From Bugula neritina (Eukaryota; Animalia; Bryozoa): DNA of 64,000 nucleotides. How positions within the stretch are numbered: the first letter of the stretch is position 1; every line of letters starts with the position of its first letter. Of the stretch, positions 1-14,104 are shown piece by piece. The notes beneath the pieces were generated by a model. It made no database searches and was not told the origin of the DNA. It saw only the letters and a list, made by a program, of their open reading frames with translations. The stretch is taken from positions 5,150,233 through 5,214,232 of the forward strand of contig OZ037772.1 in the NCBI GenBank assembly GCA_964035545.1, in the 5' to 3' direction. The translations under genes and the position numbers were made by a program.

Positions 1-443
1 ATCTCAGGCTAATGTAACTGAACAACTTTATATATCTGTCATAAGTCATAGTCTTGGCAGTAGTCCAGGTCTAATATTCACAATGATTGTTTAAAACTGC
101 ACATTACTGTGGGTTGGAATTTGTTAAAACACCGTGTATCTCTATTGCAGCTTTATATCTAATGATAAACAGTACATAGCAGTCTGCACAGCTAGGGTAT
201 TGAAGATTGCAGTTAAAATTTTGAGAAGACGGAATATGAATATATCACAGAAGCAGTAATGACATCATCAAGAGCAGTTCTGAAGCTGGAGCTGTTGGCC
301 TAGCATATATATATAGTGTGAGTAAATCATTCTGAGTCAACAGCTCAACTATAACTGCAATTGATAGAGAGAAAGGCACTCTACGTAGATGTCACTGTAG
401 CTGTCAATTTCAATGTAGATGTCTTTGCAACTTGAACCACTTT

Positions 444-518
444 GCCCCCCACTGATTGCAAGTAGGCGTGCTAACCATTACACCACATGGACTATAACTG
501 GGTAATCTCAACATCCAG
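444..518 (-). mobile_element. SINE family 1, internally deleted
   Basis: gtggtgtaatggttagcacgcctacttgcaa on the minus strand. Confidence 0.65.
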
Positions 519-705
519 TAATAATGACACATGTCAATATTACTGTAAATGTAAAGTCACTGTAGATGTCAATGCCAGTGTAGATGTTATTAATAACATG
601 CTAATGTGAATATCAGTATAAATGTAGATATAAATGCATACAAAAACTATTTAGTTTAAATCATATAATTGTAATGTATATCCTAATATATAGGCAGTAG
701 TAAGT

Positions 706-801
706 ACTGTAGTGTTAGATGTAAAAACTAGTCGCTGTGGTGTAATGGTTAGCACGCCTGCTTGCATGTTAGAGGATTCAGGTTCGAATCCCAGTGAAGG
801 C
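706..801 (+). mobile_element. tRNA-like short repeat (SINE family 1)
   Basis: A box TGGTGTAATGG and B box GGTTCGAATCC. Confidence 0.75.
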
Positions 802-1676
802 AATTTTTTTTATAAGTACATATTATATGAAAATACAGACTTGAGAATGAAAAGGCTATTAGAAAATACAAACAGTTGCTGACCTTAGCCCAAAGTTGGC
901 TAGTTGCCAAAGCTATAGATGAGTCTTTTAAACAAACAGGTGAACAGCATGTAAAACAAGTGGAATAGCCACTCCGTACACCTACACAAGCATCTTCAGT
1001 TACGTAATCTAAATATCTTTAGCAATCAACCTAACTAGAAATGACTATAATGCAATTTTTATTGTCTTTAGAAGCTAAATCATCATTAATTCTGCAATAT
1101 AAATGGCCAGTGATACACTGAGTTGAGTAATTAGCCAAGATAGCAGTCAGTTACAGGAAGACCAATTAAACAGCAGAGAACCAGGTAAAATATTCATTCA
1201 TAATACAAAAACTTGGTTTATCGCCAGACATTGCATCAGCCAAGTCTAGCTGCGGTGATAAGAAAGCAATCTGCAGCTAACAAACAAATGAGATAGAAAA
1301 AACTTATCATTTAAACACTATAATAGCAATTTTCAAACACAATATTGACTTCAAACTCACCAGCTGTTATAAATACTGTTTACTCGGCAGCGAGACTTTA
1401 GAAATACACCTTTCTGAGAGTCAGCATGCAAATGAAGTGTTGAAACCCCAAATGATGCAGTTGTTGATATTTATAATATTGGAAATGTAGCCATGTATTA
1501 TTGATTACGTAGTTTGGAATATTTCCAAGTACACTCGTGATGGTGATTGAAGTAACTATACTTAGCATGCATAATGCAGTGTAAGTGCCTAATAAGACTG
1601 TATATTTAGCTTACATCATCATCCTTACATCACACGAGGATGATTATTTTACTCTTGATAAAAAAACTTACACAAG

Positions 1677-1862
1677 TTTACAGTCACCATCCCTGTGAGA
1701 AAACCCCTGGTGGAATTTATAGTTTCTTGTTAAATCAGATTAGGCACAGGAGCAATTATGACTAGATGCTCTTCCTAACATCACCAATAGCTTTTGTCGG
1801 GCTGAGCCCATGACTTCGTGTTTATTAGGCAAGCCCTTTAACCCCTAGATCACAGCTGCTCC
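1677..1862 (-). mobile_element. tRNA-derived SINE, family 2 (Meta-domain-like core)
   Basis: Minus strand shows a tRNA-like head, then GGTGATGTTAGGAAGAGCATCTAGTCATAATTGCTCC; a second copy lies at 8340-8507. Confidence 0.65.
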
Positions 1863-2571
1863 TTGTTTTATGCTTAAGATAATTATTGGAATATATCTAA
1901 TATTTGTTAAGGATGTTGTGAGTTGTAAGATCTGCCAGTTTTTGTCCTGAATTAACAAAAGAGAATTAGTCTCATTTATGAGTAAAACATTTTCATAGTT
2001 TCTAACAGAAAAAGTTTTGGCTTTTTTTCCTTAAAAATATCGTTTATCAAATGCAGTTTTGAAGGTGAAAATTATTGAATATTCCTGCAGATGCAGACTT
2101 TATATTCAGTCAATTCATCAAGACAATAAAACAGTTGGAATATCCATTTAGAATATAAACTGAAATGCCTGCACATTACCAAACAACTTTAGGCACACTC
2201 GGTGAATAAATTCTGATAAGAAACCAGTTTCAGGGACACACTGAAAATAAATAACTCAATAAAATGGTGTCTAGCCAAATCAACGTCACCTGGTTTTTAG
2301 CAAAATGACCTTTCAGCAATGGGCAGTTAGTAAAGAGACAACTCAAAACCGCAAAACTAAAATCTGATAAGTCCAAGGTAGCTTTTTGGGAGAGTGAGCA
2401 AATTTTGACGTTAACTATTTAAAAAAGAAAAACTTGTTTTAGTGACATTGTTAAAAGATTTTAATGCCTTAAACCCTTCTTACTAAGTAAATATTAATTA
2501 TTTTGATTATGTAAGCTTCTTCGTATAATAAAACAATTTTAAAATAACAGAAATATATTTATTAAAGTATA

Positions 2572-2965
2572 TATGAGTCGGTTTACTTCATTTAGTACAC
2601 ACCAGCAAATTATGACCTAACATTAAAGTTTGCTAAAAATCAATTGAAATTTACTATACATGACAGAAAAGGCTGGGAGGGGATTCCCCAACATTAAAGC
2701 ACAGGTCATTGTCATATGCACTTAATATTATATATGTTCAACCGTTACGAAAAACCGTAACGGTCCGTAACCAAAACTAGCTGGATAGTTAGGGAAAAAC
2801 CTGGGAAATGAAGCGAAATTAAAAAGAACTTTGATTATCTAGATGTATTTATTGGTGTTTTACTAGTTTTGGCCAAAAAACCATGTTCATTACCAGCTAA
2901 ATTGTGAAAAATAGCCAAAAACTGAAGATATCGAGTGTGTACTAAATTAAGTAAAATGGCCCATA
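2572..2965. mobile_element. MITE with ~30-bp TIRs in TA context (fragments also at ~10977-11076 and ~13480-13565)
   Basis: tatgagtcggtttacttcatttagtacacac versus reverse complement tatgggccattttacttaatttagtacacac. Confidence 0.7.
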
Positions 2966-5900
2966 TACGTATAGCTGCATGACATTATAAAAACCAGTAA
3001 CAAATTACAGGTAAAAAGCTAAGTTACCTCAATAAATTATTGAGTTGAAAGGATAGAAAGTTATAGCCAAAGTTTATAAAAGCCTGAAACTTACACTACT
3101 GCTGAAATAAACTTTTTTTTCAAAATAAGGCTATCTCCAACTTATCAGTCTTTGGTTTTTTATTTTCAAGTTGTTCTTTTGCTAACTGACTTTCAAATTA
3201 TTTAGATGACATTTTCGAAAGGTTGATGATTCTAGGTTGTCACGTAAATAAACAAAGAGGGCTAACTCAAATGCCAAATAAATGTTTTAAGTAGAATACT
3301 GTGCAATGGCAATGAGATCAAGTGCGTGAAAATGTCTGAAAGCCATGCAGGCATGGTTAAGTCATTACCAGTTCTACGTAGGCATCAGCCATGTTTAAAA
3401 AGTTTACTTGTAGTCATCCAGTTGAAACGTTTCTATAAAAAGTATATTTTCAATTCTGATCTTATAGAATGCTACACATGCAGTTGCATTTCAACAATGA
3501 TTACGATTTGGAAAACCAATTATTTTGTTTGAATATATTTGTTTTACTATTAAACCATAGACTCTATCTTTATCTTAAATATACATTCAAGTTTTAAGTT
3601 ACTATTAAAGTAATTAGGTCAAAGTGACAGCAAAGAAATTAAAGTTAACTACTTGTTTATATATATTAATAATTTTAAAGCGATTAAAACAAGTTAAAAA
3701 TAGTTTTAGATTTCTTATTTGCTGCCTTACCGGCTCGAGTTCCTCATATTCTATGATTTGCGGAGTGGGTATGTACGTATGATGCACCATAATCTAGAAA
3801 ATCTTCACTATTAATTCTCAGTCTGACTATGATGTTAGAGATCTTCCCAGTATGCGGCATTTTCAGCTTTTAACACAAGAGCATTGCAGGTAGAGTAACT
3901 TATGTAATCACTGGCTATACTCTATCAAAACGTAATAAAACTCCAACTAATAAAAGGCGATTTATAGTCAGCAGTGGAGGCAGCGGTAGGTGTGTGCCTC
4001 TTACGGTGTGAGTTGATAGCTTCAGCAGCAATGCTGTCTTAACTAATTAGCTGAGTAAAGAGGCAGTAACCTGGCTAGATTCAGCCTGCGTTATCTAGTT
4101 TTAATTAAGCTGTTAGAGCTGCACAGCTTTCATGAAACTATAACCACCTCTAACAGGTGTAACTCTTTTAGTTCTGAAAGGGTTGGCTCAGCTCTACAGC
4201 GTCTAAAGGTGCATTGATTATCTCCATTGTTATCATAGGATTCCTTAAGGCTTGGGAAATTAATTATTGTTGGGAGTTAACCAATAAGGTTTCTACAATT
4301 ATACACAAGTTAGCCTTAGCTCTTTAAGTTTGACTACACAAGTTAGCTTCAGTTCATCAAAATATCCTTGTACACAGTAAAGTTCATCTATAGCTAAAGG
4401 TCACCAAAGCTTGACTGTAAACACAAGATAGCATCAGTATAACCAATCTAGCATTATGTTAGTGCAAAATACATCACCGATTTTATACTATAACTTCCAA
4501 TTTTATATGCAAGCATCATTTTAGTCAATCTGCTAGCATCTAGCCATTCCATTAATCAGATAACAAATATTTTTTTAAATTTGTAATGAAATTAATGTCT
4601 TTAATTATCTGTTTTAAATCCTATAAGTAAACAAAATTGATATTTTCTCCTTTTTATTGCCCTAGCTGTTCTATTTTCTTTAAATTATTGCAATTCAACA
4701 GTGTTTTTGGTTAGAAGAATCGTTAAAAGAAAAACTGCTTTGTTTAAATAAAAAAGCCCATTTTCAACATAAATTTGTTTGTATTGAAAAACTCTTTCTT
4801 AATATTGATACAATTTATCAATAGTTTTACTAAAATAATCATGGCAGACAGAGTGTGTAGGAATTTTGGCTATTAGCCCAAGTACTGCTCTTTGCCTCCC
4901 ACTCCCTGTTCAGTTGCTATTATAGGTATGCAATGCATCATTTAGAATCTTGAATGACTTAAGTAGATTGTTAAGAAGCTATTAACTGCTTTTTTGTACA
5001 ACAATATAACATTTTTATGTGTTTATCTGTAACCTGAATGAGTATCTAGGCTTACTAACTATATTTTTAAAGAGTTTTGACACTTTAGAGAAACTTTTGT
5101 TTTTGGAAATTTAAATATATATGTTTTATATTAACGATCATCATATTTTTTTCCCGCTGAAAACAAAAAAGTGTATATGAAAAGTAAAGAAGCTGGTGTA
5201 ATGGAATATTCAAAGTCTTACAAAATATGTTTTTAGATGTAAAAATAATGCATTATCACTGGAATATGATAGACAAAGTTTCACAATAGCTGATGTAGAC
5301 TTTGCATATAGTTTAATAAAGCAGCAGCTGCTGTTAATTCTTTGATGTTAAATTTTGGGAATATCCAATATAGTACCAGTGCTAGGATGTTAATTAGACA
5401 TCAAGTAGGATGCAAATGATGTCTAAACTGTATGTACGCAACTCAAAACATTTACCCCCTTATATATATACATTTATTCTGTAGATTTGTATTATATTTG
5501 TAGTATATTATTCTATAGGTACCAAAGAAATTTTGTTTAAAGCATATTTTGCATTATTTTAAAAGCTTACGAAGTAGTAACACATGCATACAAATAGTCC
5601 AGCATAATTCTAACTCCTAGCATTGACTTCTAAGTACTATATTAACTATTGTTTATGAATCATGTAACTGGATAAGTGAGCAATGTGTTAGTCATTAGAG
5701 CAAATGCCAAAAGTTAGTTCATTAGAACAATGCCTGCTGTGAATTGGGCAAGCTAAACGGCCCAGAAAATGGTTTGCAAATGTCAAAGTATTAGAATATA
5801 ATGATTAGATACTGCATATACACTGTACCTTCACACATACACAGGGGAGCTAATAGCAGGTGTTTCGTTGAGAGAGAATAACTCCATATATATTTGAAAT

Positions 5901-6129
5901 AGCGTTAGGTTATATGAACAATGTTGTGTTGATACTAGATGTGAAAGCAAATTGTAAGCAACATGTAATGCATAAATTAGTCTTAGTATAAATAAAGTAT
6001 ACTTCTTTAAATAACATTATTATCTTTTTTTAGGATTATGAAACACTTTGTATGAATTAAATAAACAATATTTTTTTGTAGTTTGCATTACATACTGAAT
6101 TCTCCCTTATATAACAGTGCATAACCTTT

Positions 6130-6625
6130 CCCCCAATACACACTCCTTCTTTCCCTCTCATGTTATACACCCCTCATCTCTACATTATACACTCCTTATC
6201 TCCTTCTCATAGTATATACCCCCCTTTTCCATATTATATACCCCTTAAATTATCCCCCCCCCTTATATTATACACTTCTTATCCCCTCATGCATAGTATA
6301 TACACCACACATCTCCTTCTCATATTATACACTCCTTCTTTCCCTGTCACAGTATACGTCCCTTGTCTCCCCTCATATGATAACACCCTTACCCTCTCTC
6401 ATATTATACACCCCTTAGCCCCTCTCATATTTTACACCCCTTAGCCCCTCTCATATTATACACCCCCTAGCCCCTCTCATATTATACACCCCTTGGTCCC
6501 CCTCATATTATACACCCCTTAGCCCCTCTCATATTTTACACCCCTTAGCCCCTCTCATATTATACACCCCTTAGCCCCTCTCATATTATACACCCCTTAG
6601 CCCCTCTCATATTATACACCCCCCC
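6130..6625. repeat. 26-bp minisatellite (tattatacaccccttagcccctctca)
   Basis: Near-perfect units at ~6400-6620, degenerate toward the left. Confidence 0.9.
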
Positions 6626-8339
6626 CATCATTCCCCCCTTCTCAATATAGCAACGCATACAATAGCTTTGATCCCACAAACAGCAGCAATACAAAGTACC
6701 TAAATAAAAGCTAACCTTCAAGCTAACCAAGTACAATTTTTCTGCATTATTTTTTTCAACAACAACTACGATTATGCGTATATCAAATTGATTGTACTAT
6801 AAGTTGGTTTGATAAAAAGTGATTTGGAAGAAATACTTACAACTGTTAGCGAAGTTACAGATGACTAGAGAATATGAGATCTGAGTCAGAATAGCCTGTG
6901 GTACTAGTAATAGAGATGTAGGCGCGTTATATTTGGTCTTTACGGAAGGGTAATTTGATATGCATATATGAACGTCTGCTAGCTCAGTCTATGTATCGCC
7001 TTTGCAATGCTCTCTGGTAAAATATAAGTGTCAAGATAAAACAATAATACAACAATATATAATAATATAATAGCTCATATTATATGATATAATATAACAA
7101 TGGTGCTGGTGACAGAATGATACTGATGAAGGGCTACCTATATGTCCTATATTTTACTGTTTGTTGAACTTTTTTCATTTAAAAGGAAAGACAACTCCCC
7201 AGAGCAAATTTTATGCTTTGCTTGTTGACTAATAATAAAATGTGGAGATATGTTTTGTAGTCATGCAGTAGCTTTTAAGCTTAAACATTGTGATATATAC
7301 AAAACCCTGAGGCAAAGTCATATAGACTCGGCATTGCTATATATTTGCCGATAATTACCCACAAAGCACTGTCCGATAGCCAACTACATTGATTCTCTAT
7401 AAAGAAAAAAATAAGCTCCTTGCCAATTTAGTCCTGAACAGCTATATTATTCTTCTTAGTCCACTTCAGCAAACTTGAATTTTAGTCAAATATGCCGTAC
7501 AATACTTTGTTTAGCATATATAATTGAATGACAAAGTTGGAATATATTTTGAATTAATAATTATCTCTATATATAATAGAATTATTTCCTTCAAAGCTAG
7601 GATATTGCCACCATCATTGATACAATATAGAATATTAGATTTAAGTTTTAAATATGAATCAATTAGAGATTGCAATTTTAGCCCACATGCATTCAACCCA
7701 GTTTGTGTTTGTGTTTTTAATAGTGCAGTAGAAAACTCTTAGAAGTTGCTTTCCCTGAATGTATTCGACTTTTATTTAAATTTTACCAAATTGGAAAACT
7801 ACATTGTTGGGAATATTATGTTATCACTCTGACATTCTACACCAAGTAAACGAAATTAAAGCTTATACTGAAAGTTACGTTGATTTTCACACTTTTCGAA
7901 GACAGGCCAAATGTGTCTCAGTTATTGCATATACAAGTAATTCAATTGCCCAGCTACTCTTGTACAGAATAATTGAATTAAGTCAGCATATTATCCACTT
8001 ACTAGCTGCTGTTAACTGTAATTACAGCATCTAATTAGTAAACTGACTACTATATAGAGCCCCCAATACCCCCTTTCTGATTAATTGGCAGCATACCAGC
8101 CTGCTGCCAGATCGTAAAGGTCAGTGCACGTGTTACGTGAATTACACCTTCATTAACGTGTGTGCATTGCATCAGCCTTTGAACCATTGCGATATGGCAG
8201 ACAGCAATATACTGCATACCAGGGGAACATAACGCTATTCTTTATAGTCAAGTTACTTTGCTTCAAACTTCAAACTTCTAAGATGCCATATTTTTAGAAG
8301 TGTGGATAATAATTATTATATATAATAAAATCGTGCAAG

Positions 8340-8507
8340 TTTATAGTCACCTTCCCTGTGAGAAACCCCTGATTTGTTAAATCTGGCTAAGGACTTATTC
8401 AGATGTGGCACAAAAGCAATTGTGACTTAGTGCTCTTCCCAACATCACCAGTGGCCTTTGTCAGGTCCAAACCTATGACTTATGCTTATAGCTAAGCAAG
8501 CGCTTAA
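8340..8507 (-). mobile_element. SINE family 2, second copy
   Basis: Colinear with 1677-1850. Confidence 0.65.
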
Positions 8508-9020
8508 TAATTATATAATATAATGATAATAATAATAAAACCAGTTTTTGCAATGATTGGGTACTGCAGGTGATCAACTCAGGACAAATTATGATGCGAA
8601 ATTACTACAACATTAGCCTGGGAGTTACAATTTTCAAATAGCGGAGTTTCTTAGCCAACTTAAAGCCCTAAATAAATCAGGATTACCTAAAAACCTGGGC
8701 TATACCTTAAAAAACTCTTTTACAATTACACACAACTTTGTGATTCATTCAGGATAATAAAAGGTGCTAATTATTTTGCTGTTTGTAGTACTGGATGTAT
8801 TTAACATGCAAACAGTTACTATAATATACCAACTAATAGAGCACCAAGGAGGGAGTGGAATGATTTATATTTTACCAGGTGAATATTAAACTTATCAGAT
8901 AACTCCAATAACTAGTAAATATTTCATAGATTATTCATCACCTGAGAACAAAGAAGCAGCACGTGAAAATGTTAGAATTATAATTCTATTTTAAATTTAG
9001 ATGCTATTTTAGCTAAACAA

Positions 9021-9116
9021 TGTGGTGTTGAGATTTCCCATGGTAACCCCTGTAGTGTGATAGTTAGCAAGCTAACTTGCAAGCTAAAGTCTGTGGCTTC
9101 ATTTCTAGTGAGGCAG
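9021..9116 (+). mobile_element. SINE family 1, diverged
   Basis: cccctgtagtgtgatagttagc..cttgcaagc. Confidence 0.55.
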
Positions 9117-9739
9117 AAGTTTTAAAAATAATATTATACACTACACTCTTACAGACTACACTCTGTTTAAACAGTAAATCATAAATTTAGCGTAATTTTA
9201 CAATCACAACTATAATTTGATCTACTATTTTAGCTAAACATTGCATGTATTCTCAATCTGTACCGTATGCTAAAGCAAACTTCTGTACAATAAAATTATT
9301 GATAAAATATGAATTATAATCTTACAAGTTTCTACTTTGTCTTTTCGAACATAAATTTTAATGCTTTGTGTCATTTGAAAGAGTTTCTCTTTGTGATACT
9401 CTACGCTATAAGCTTGTTCACCAAAAAGTAGGGCATTGCAGAAATCCCCCTCCCTATCTCAAGTCCAATCAATATTACTGAGAATTCTCAGTCTTACAGA
9501 GATAAGCGTCAGTGCCTATGGGAAATCAATGTTTGAGTTGAATAATGCTTATTGGCTGGTTGTCTGCTGCAGCTGCTCAGGAAAACAACTATTTGTTTAC
9601 TACAAGTTGTGATAAATAGATGACTGTATGAACAAATATTAGTCATACTCAGTGTCAAGGTCAAATGACTTCTAGTTAAGCATATCTTTACCAAGCAGTA
9701 CTGTGTACTTACAGCAATGGTTATAGTGTTGTGTATGGA

Positions 9740-10130
9740 TTAGAGTGTAGTGTGTAGTCTGTAGAGTGTAGTCTGTAGAGTGTAGTGTGTAGTGTGTAAT
9801 GTGTAGAGTGTAGTATAGTGTGTAGTGTAGTGTGCAGTGTGTAGAGTGTATAGTGCTTAGAGTGTAGTGTGTAATGTGTAGTGTGTAGAGTGTATATAGT
9901 GTGTAATCCGTAGAGTGTAGTGTGTAGAATGTAGAGTGTAGTCTGTAAAGTGTAGTCTGTAGAGTGTATATAGTGTGTAATCCGTAGAGTGTAGTGTGTA
10001 GAATGTAGTGTGTAGTCTGTAGAGTGGAGTGTAGTGTGTAGAGTGTAGAGTGTATATATAGTGTAGTATGTAGTGTGTAGAGTGCATTGTGTAGTCTGTA
10101 GAGCGTGTAGAGTGTAGTGTTTAGAGTGTG
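9740..10130. repeat. Compound ~7-bp microsatellite (agtgtgt / agagtgt / agtctgt)
   Basis: Direct inspection. Confidence 0.9.
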
Positions 10131-10249
10131 ATAGTTCTTATTGTATAGAAAATTTCTAACCAAGAACAGAAATGCTTTACAATGTACTGCACTATCACAA
10201 AAAGCACCAGCAATACTATATACATAGTAATCTATACATTATATAGTAA

Positions 10250-10425
10250 CTTGCACTATAATATTATAATATAATATAGTATACTATATTATATTATAAT
10301 ATAGTATACTATATTATATTATATTATAATATAATATAGTATACTATATTATATTATAATATAATATAGCATACTATATTATATTACAATATTATAGTGC
10401 AAGTATATACACTATAATATAATAT
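10250..10425. repeat. AT-rich ~30-bp tandem repeat
   Basis: atattataatataatatagtatactatatt units. Confidence 0.8.
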
Positions 10426-11195
10426 ACAACAATATGACAGAAGTATACCCACTGTATGCTAATCCATGCTGCCTGGAATGTTGTCCAATTTCTACATCAA
10501 ATGCTGCCGTCTTCTAAGTCATCAATAGAGTCTGACTGAAGCAACAGTCAATAAACTAGCAGCACTTCACACTACTAAACTAAGTATTGATGTTGTGAAT
10601 AACATTAGCTGCTTAGGGGTCATTAGAACGAGATGTAGCTATTGCTGGTCATTAGACAGCTTAGCTTGAGTTCTGTGCAGTAAGATCTGAGGCTAGATAT
10701 TCCACAGGCAGTATAGTAATGTGAATGTAGTTACACAACTTTGTTGTCTACCATCAAAGGAGAGGCTTTCCAATACCCCATAGCAATTAGGTATTACAAT
10801 TAATGTATGCAGTGTCACGTGACTAGCAGCAGAAGGTTAGCTAAGTGCATTGAACTGGTTTGAACCAGAGCTGTTTGAAGGAGTTAGTTTAGTCTATAAT
10901 TAGTTATTCCTGAATATTCAGCGTGTCTGGGTATTACAGCATAATATAAATAATTAAACACCACCAATATATGATAATGGGTTATTTTACTTAATTTAGT
11001 ACAAACTATGAATCACCATATGCATTAGCAGCTAAACTGTGAAAAATAGCTAAAATCTAGATACAGTGTATAGTAAAGGGGCCTTAGTTCAAAACTACCA
11101 ACATGTTTAAATAAAAAACTAGGTTTACAGTAAATGTGAGCTCTTAAGTTTCAAATATTTTATACAATTATGTACAATATTTCAAACTTCTAAAT

Positions 11196-11330
11196 CAGGG
11201 CTGTCCAACAGGCGGCCCCAAGGCCGGTTGTGCCCCCCCCCTTCCCCTGCCTACATTTATGTACATGGCCCTCAAAGGTATAATGCCAAAATTATCTTTT
11301 ACAGTATTCATTAATCAGAGTGAAAAACCA
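11196..11330 (+). mobile_element. hAT MITE left-end fragment
   Basis: CAGGGCTGTCCAACAGGCGGCCC.. matches the 41857 family. Confidence 0.75.
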
Positions 11331-11734
11331 CTGCGTAAGGTTGTGTGACATGCTGTTTGACACACTGTGACATGCTGTGAGTCACATAGCGTGACACACT
11401 GATAGGTAGTGTGCCATGCTATGTGACACTCAGTGACAGGTTACCACTCACCTGTATGATGTAGGTAGTAACTAGAGAAGGTGGATCCTGACAGAAGATG
11501 TCTATTCTGTAGTTGCCAACACTTGGCATTCTGATGTTATACCTCACTGTACCTTCAAACGCCTGTCAACATATGGCATGACATGACAGGTGGTTATACA
11601 TAGATATAAAAAGATGTTTGACCAAACTTCTTGATTAAAATGATTTTGACAAAACAATTGAGTAAAATTTAAGCATTTCTAAAACCATTCATATAAAAGC
11701 AAGTCAAGCAACCAGCTAAATTATAAAATTTAGG

Positions 11735-11770
11735 TTGCAAGCAGGCGTGCTAACCATTACACCACTGGGA
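11735..11770 (-). mobile_element. SINE family 1 fragment next to a poly-G run
   Basis: ttgcaagcaggcgtgctaaccattacacca. Confidence 0.6.
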
Positions 11771-12065
11771 CTACGGGGGGGGGGGGGGGGGGGGGGGGGG
11801 GGTTTCCAACAAAATAAAAAACTATTGGTAATTACCTCCATCATGACACACTTCTCCAGAGGCACTCCCCCTAAACTCTTAACAACAGTTCCACTTTTCT
11901 CACATGTCATATTCTTTCCTCCTTATACCCGAGACGTATATAACTTCTTCTCCTAAAAGACCAGCCGACAAAAGCTGAGTTCATGTTAACTGAATTAGTA
12001 TTCAGAGCTGGGAGTTTCAGAGAAACTGGGCTAAGCTCTGAATGACCTGAGACTAGCGTCTAAAC

Positions 12066-12385
12066 CAGGGCTGTCCAACAGACAGCCCAGGGCCGAATGT
12101 GGCCCCCCAGCCTATGTTTATGTGAACCTCAAAGGCTTAAAACTAAAAATGTTTTTCAAAGTATACATGAAACAAAGTGAAAAACCACCTTTTAAATGTC
12201 TTATTTCTACACATGCTACAAAACAAGCAGCCTGCATCAACTATTGGGACTTTATTGTGTAATGGTTCATAAGAATTTGAAACAAGTTAATTTAAACGAT
12301 GCCAATGCTGAGGCTCCCAGCTCAAGTTTAAGTTTCCAATGAGGTCCTCGCCACAAAATATTCCCTTTCAGTGGCTCAGAAAAGG
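12066..12385 (+). mobile_element. hAT MITE, same family, right TIR lost
   Basis: Colinear with 41857-42180. Confidence 0.8.
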
Positions 12386-13785
12386 TTCTAAATGATTGGG
12401 AAGACAACCTCCCTAAAGCTGACACATGGGTTATACTGAATAGTATACAAAGGTAGAAAACTCTGGATTTGCAAGCCAGTAGTACGTTTTACATTCTACC
12501 AGAGAATATAATATTATATAAAAAGACTACCAAAAAAGTAAAGTATGTTCAGACCATGCACGCAGTAATTTGGAGTGGTACAGTATTATATTAAACCTAA
12601 GCAGTCAGGGCTATCCAAAGTAGGTGTTCAATAGTATTTTAGAGTTGTGCCCACATATCGTGAAATATCACAAGAATAAATAACTCCGAAATATGTCCAA
12701 ATTCACCATAAAAGATTCGTTTTCAGTAATTTTTTCTGTTTTCAGTTATTTATAACAATAATATTATAGCTCTGAAAGTTTGCATTATGTTTCAAGTTCA
12801 TTTTAATTCAAGGAATTTATCTTAGCTGAATATTGCATTGACATTGAAAGATTTCACGAAAACAGTGATATATATTTTTTATTATTAAAACAGCTTTAAA
12901 AATAAATTTCAAAAGCCAAAAACTTTGCACTCAAAGCAAAGAAAATCTACAAAATAATAAAGATTTTCATAATGTGTAGTAATAATTTGATTTGTATAGA
13001 TTAATATTCAAAAATAGATTTAACAATATTTGGCGTTGAATTAGAAACAACACAAAGAAAATGCAGGAAGATTGCCTGGTAAAAGTAAAATAGAGAACTA
13101 CTTAGTAAAATGAGCTCAGGGCACGGAGTTGACAGAACGTAAATAAAGCATACACTGAACAAATGACAAAAATGTAAGAATTTAGTGGCAAGCAAGGCTT
13201 TTATAAAAATCTTTGACTTTTCACATTCTAGCCTGCAGTGACACATGCAAAGACAAAGTCCAAAACATCAAGTTCCAATAACATATAAATGTTAACTTGA
13301 CTAGTAGAGTGCTAGCCTTCTAATCCATAATGAAATACGGCAGTCAGAGAGAAATACCTAGTTGACTGAAAATTCAGTTAAAAGTCAATTACATAATAAA
13401 TTAAGATAGAATAGTGGCTATCATCCTATAAACTTGCAGCAGACAGACCAGCTGCATGTGGGGGATTACTCCCACTGTATATGGGTCATTTTACTTAATT
13501 TAATACACACTGGATATCTCCGGTTTTTAGCTACTTTTGATTGCAGACCGTTACGAAAAAACCGCATATCACACAGAGTCTGATACAGGGGTGCAGCTTG
13601 GTAGAGCTTGGGAGTGTTTCTTTCCAGATACTGCAGCGGACTTCTAATAAACGTACCAGTTAGAATGATGAGATTCTCTCAGTCAAGATACAGGATGTGG
13701 CGACAGCCCCTTCTCCACTCCACTCTGTAACAAAGAAGATGAAACTGAGGCTAGTGAAACAGTTGAGCAAGAGAAGATGTGTTAA

Positions 13786-14104
13786 GCCTAGGGCCACATT
13801 GAAATCACAAGTAGCAAAGATGTCCACTGTAGCGTCAGTGATGCGTGATAAATAAAGCTTTCGATTTTAAATCGCACTCGCTTTCAATAAAACGCAATTT
13901 ACTGGAATGTAGCACTAAAATAAAGAAATTGGGCTCGCTGAATTACTACCAGCCAATTAGGTGACGAAGACAGAGACGATTCGCACTTGCGTTGAGAATG
14001 CTGAGCGACAAGCGCGAATGTTTTCTCAACGCGTACAGTGGACACCTTTGCTACTTGTGATTTCAATTTTCGCATGCGAAAATATGCACTGTGTGGCCCT
14101 AGGC
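13786..14104. mobile_element. PIF/Harbinger-type MITE, second copy in opposite orientation
   Basis: Reverse complement of 38972-39314 with a deletion in one TIR; TSD TAA. Confidence 0.9.

Noticed and set aside
6400-6620. CRISPR-like array
   Set aside because: Head-to-tail units with no unique spacers, in a eukaryotic context.
9672-10163. His/Thr/Tyr-rich ORFs (also 6160-6444, 41405-41626, 46594-47013, 61950-62168)
   Set aside because: Translations of simple repeats.
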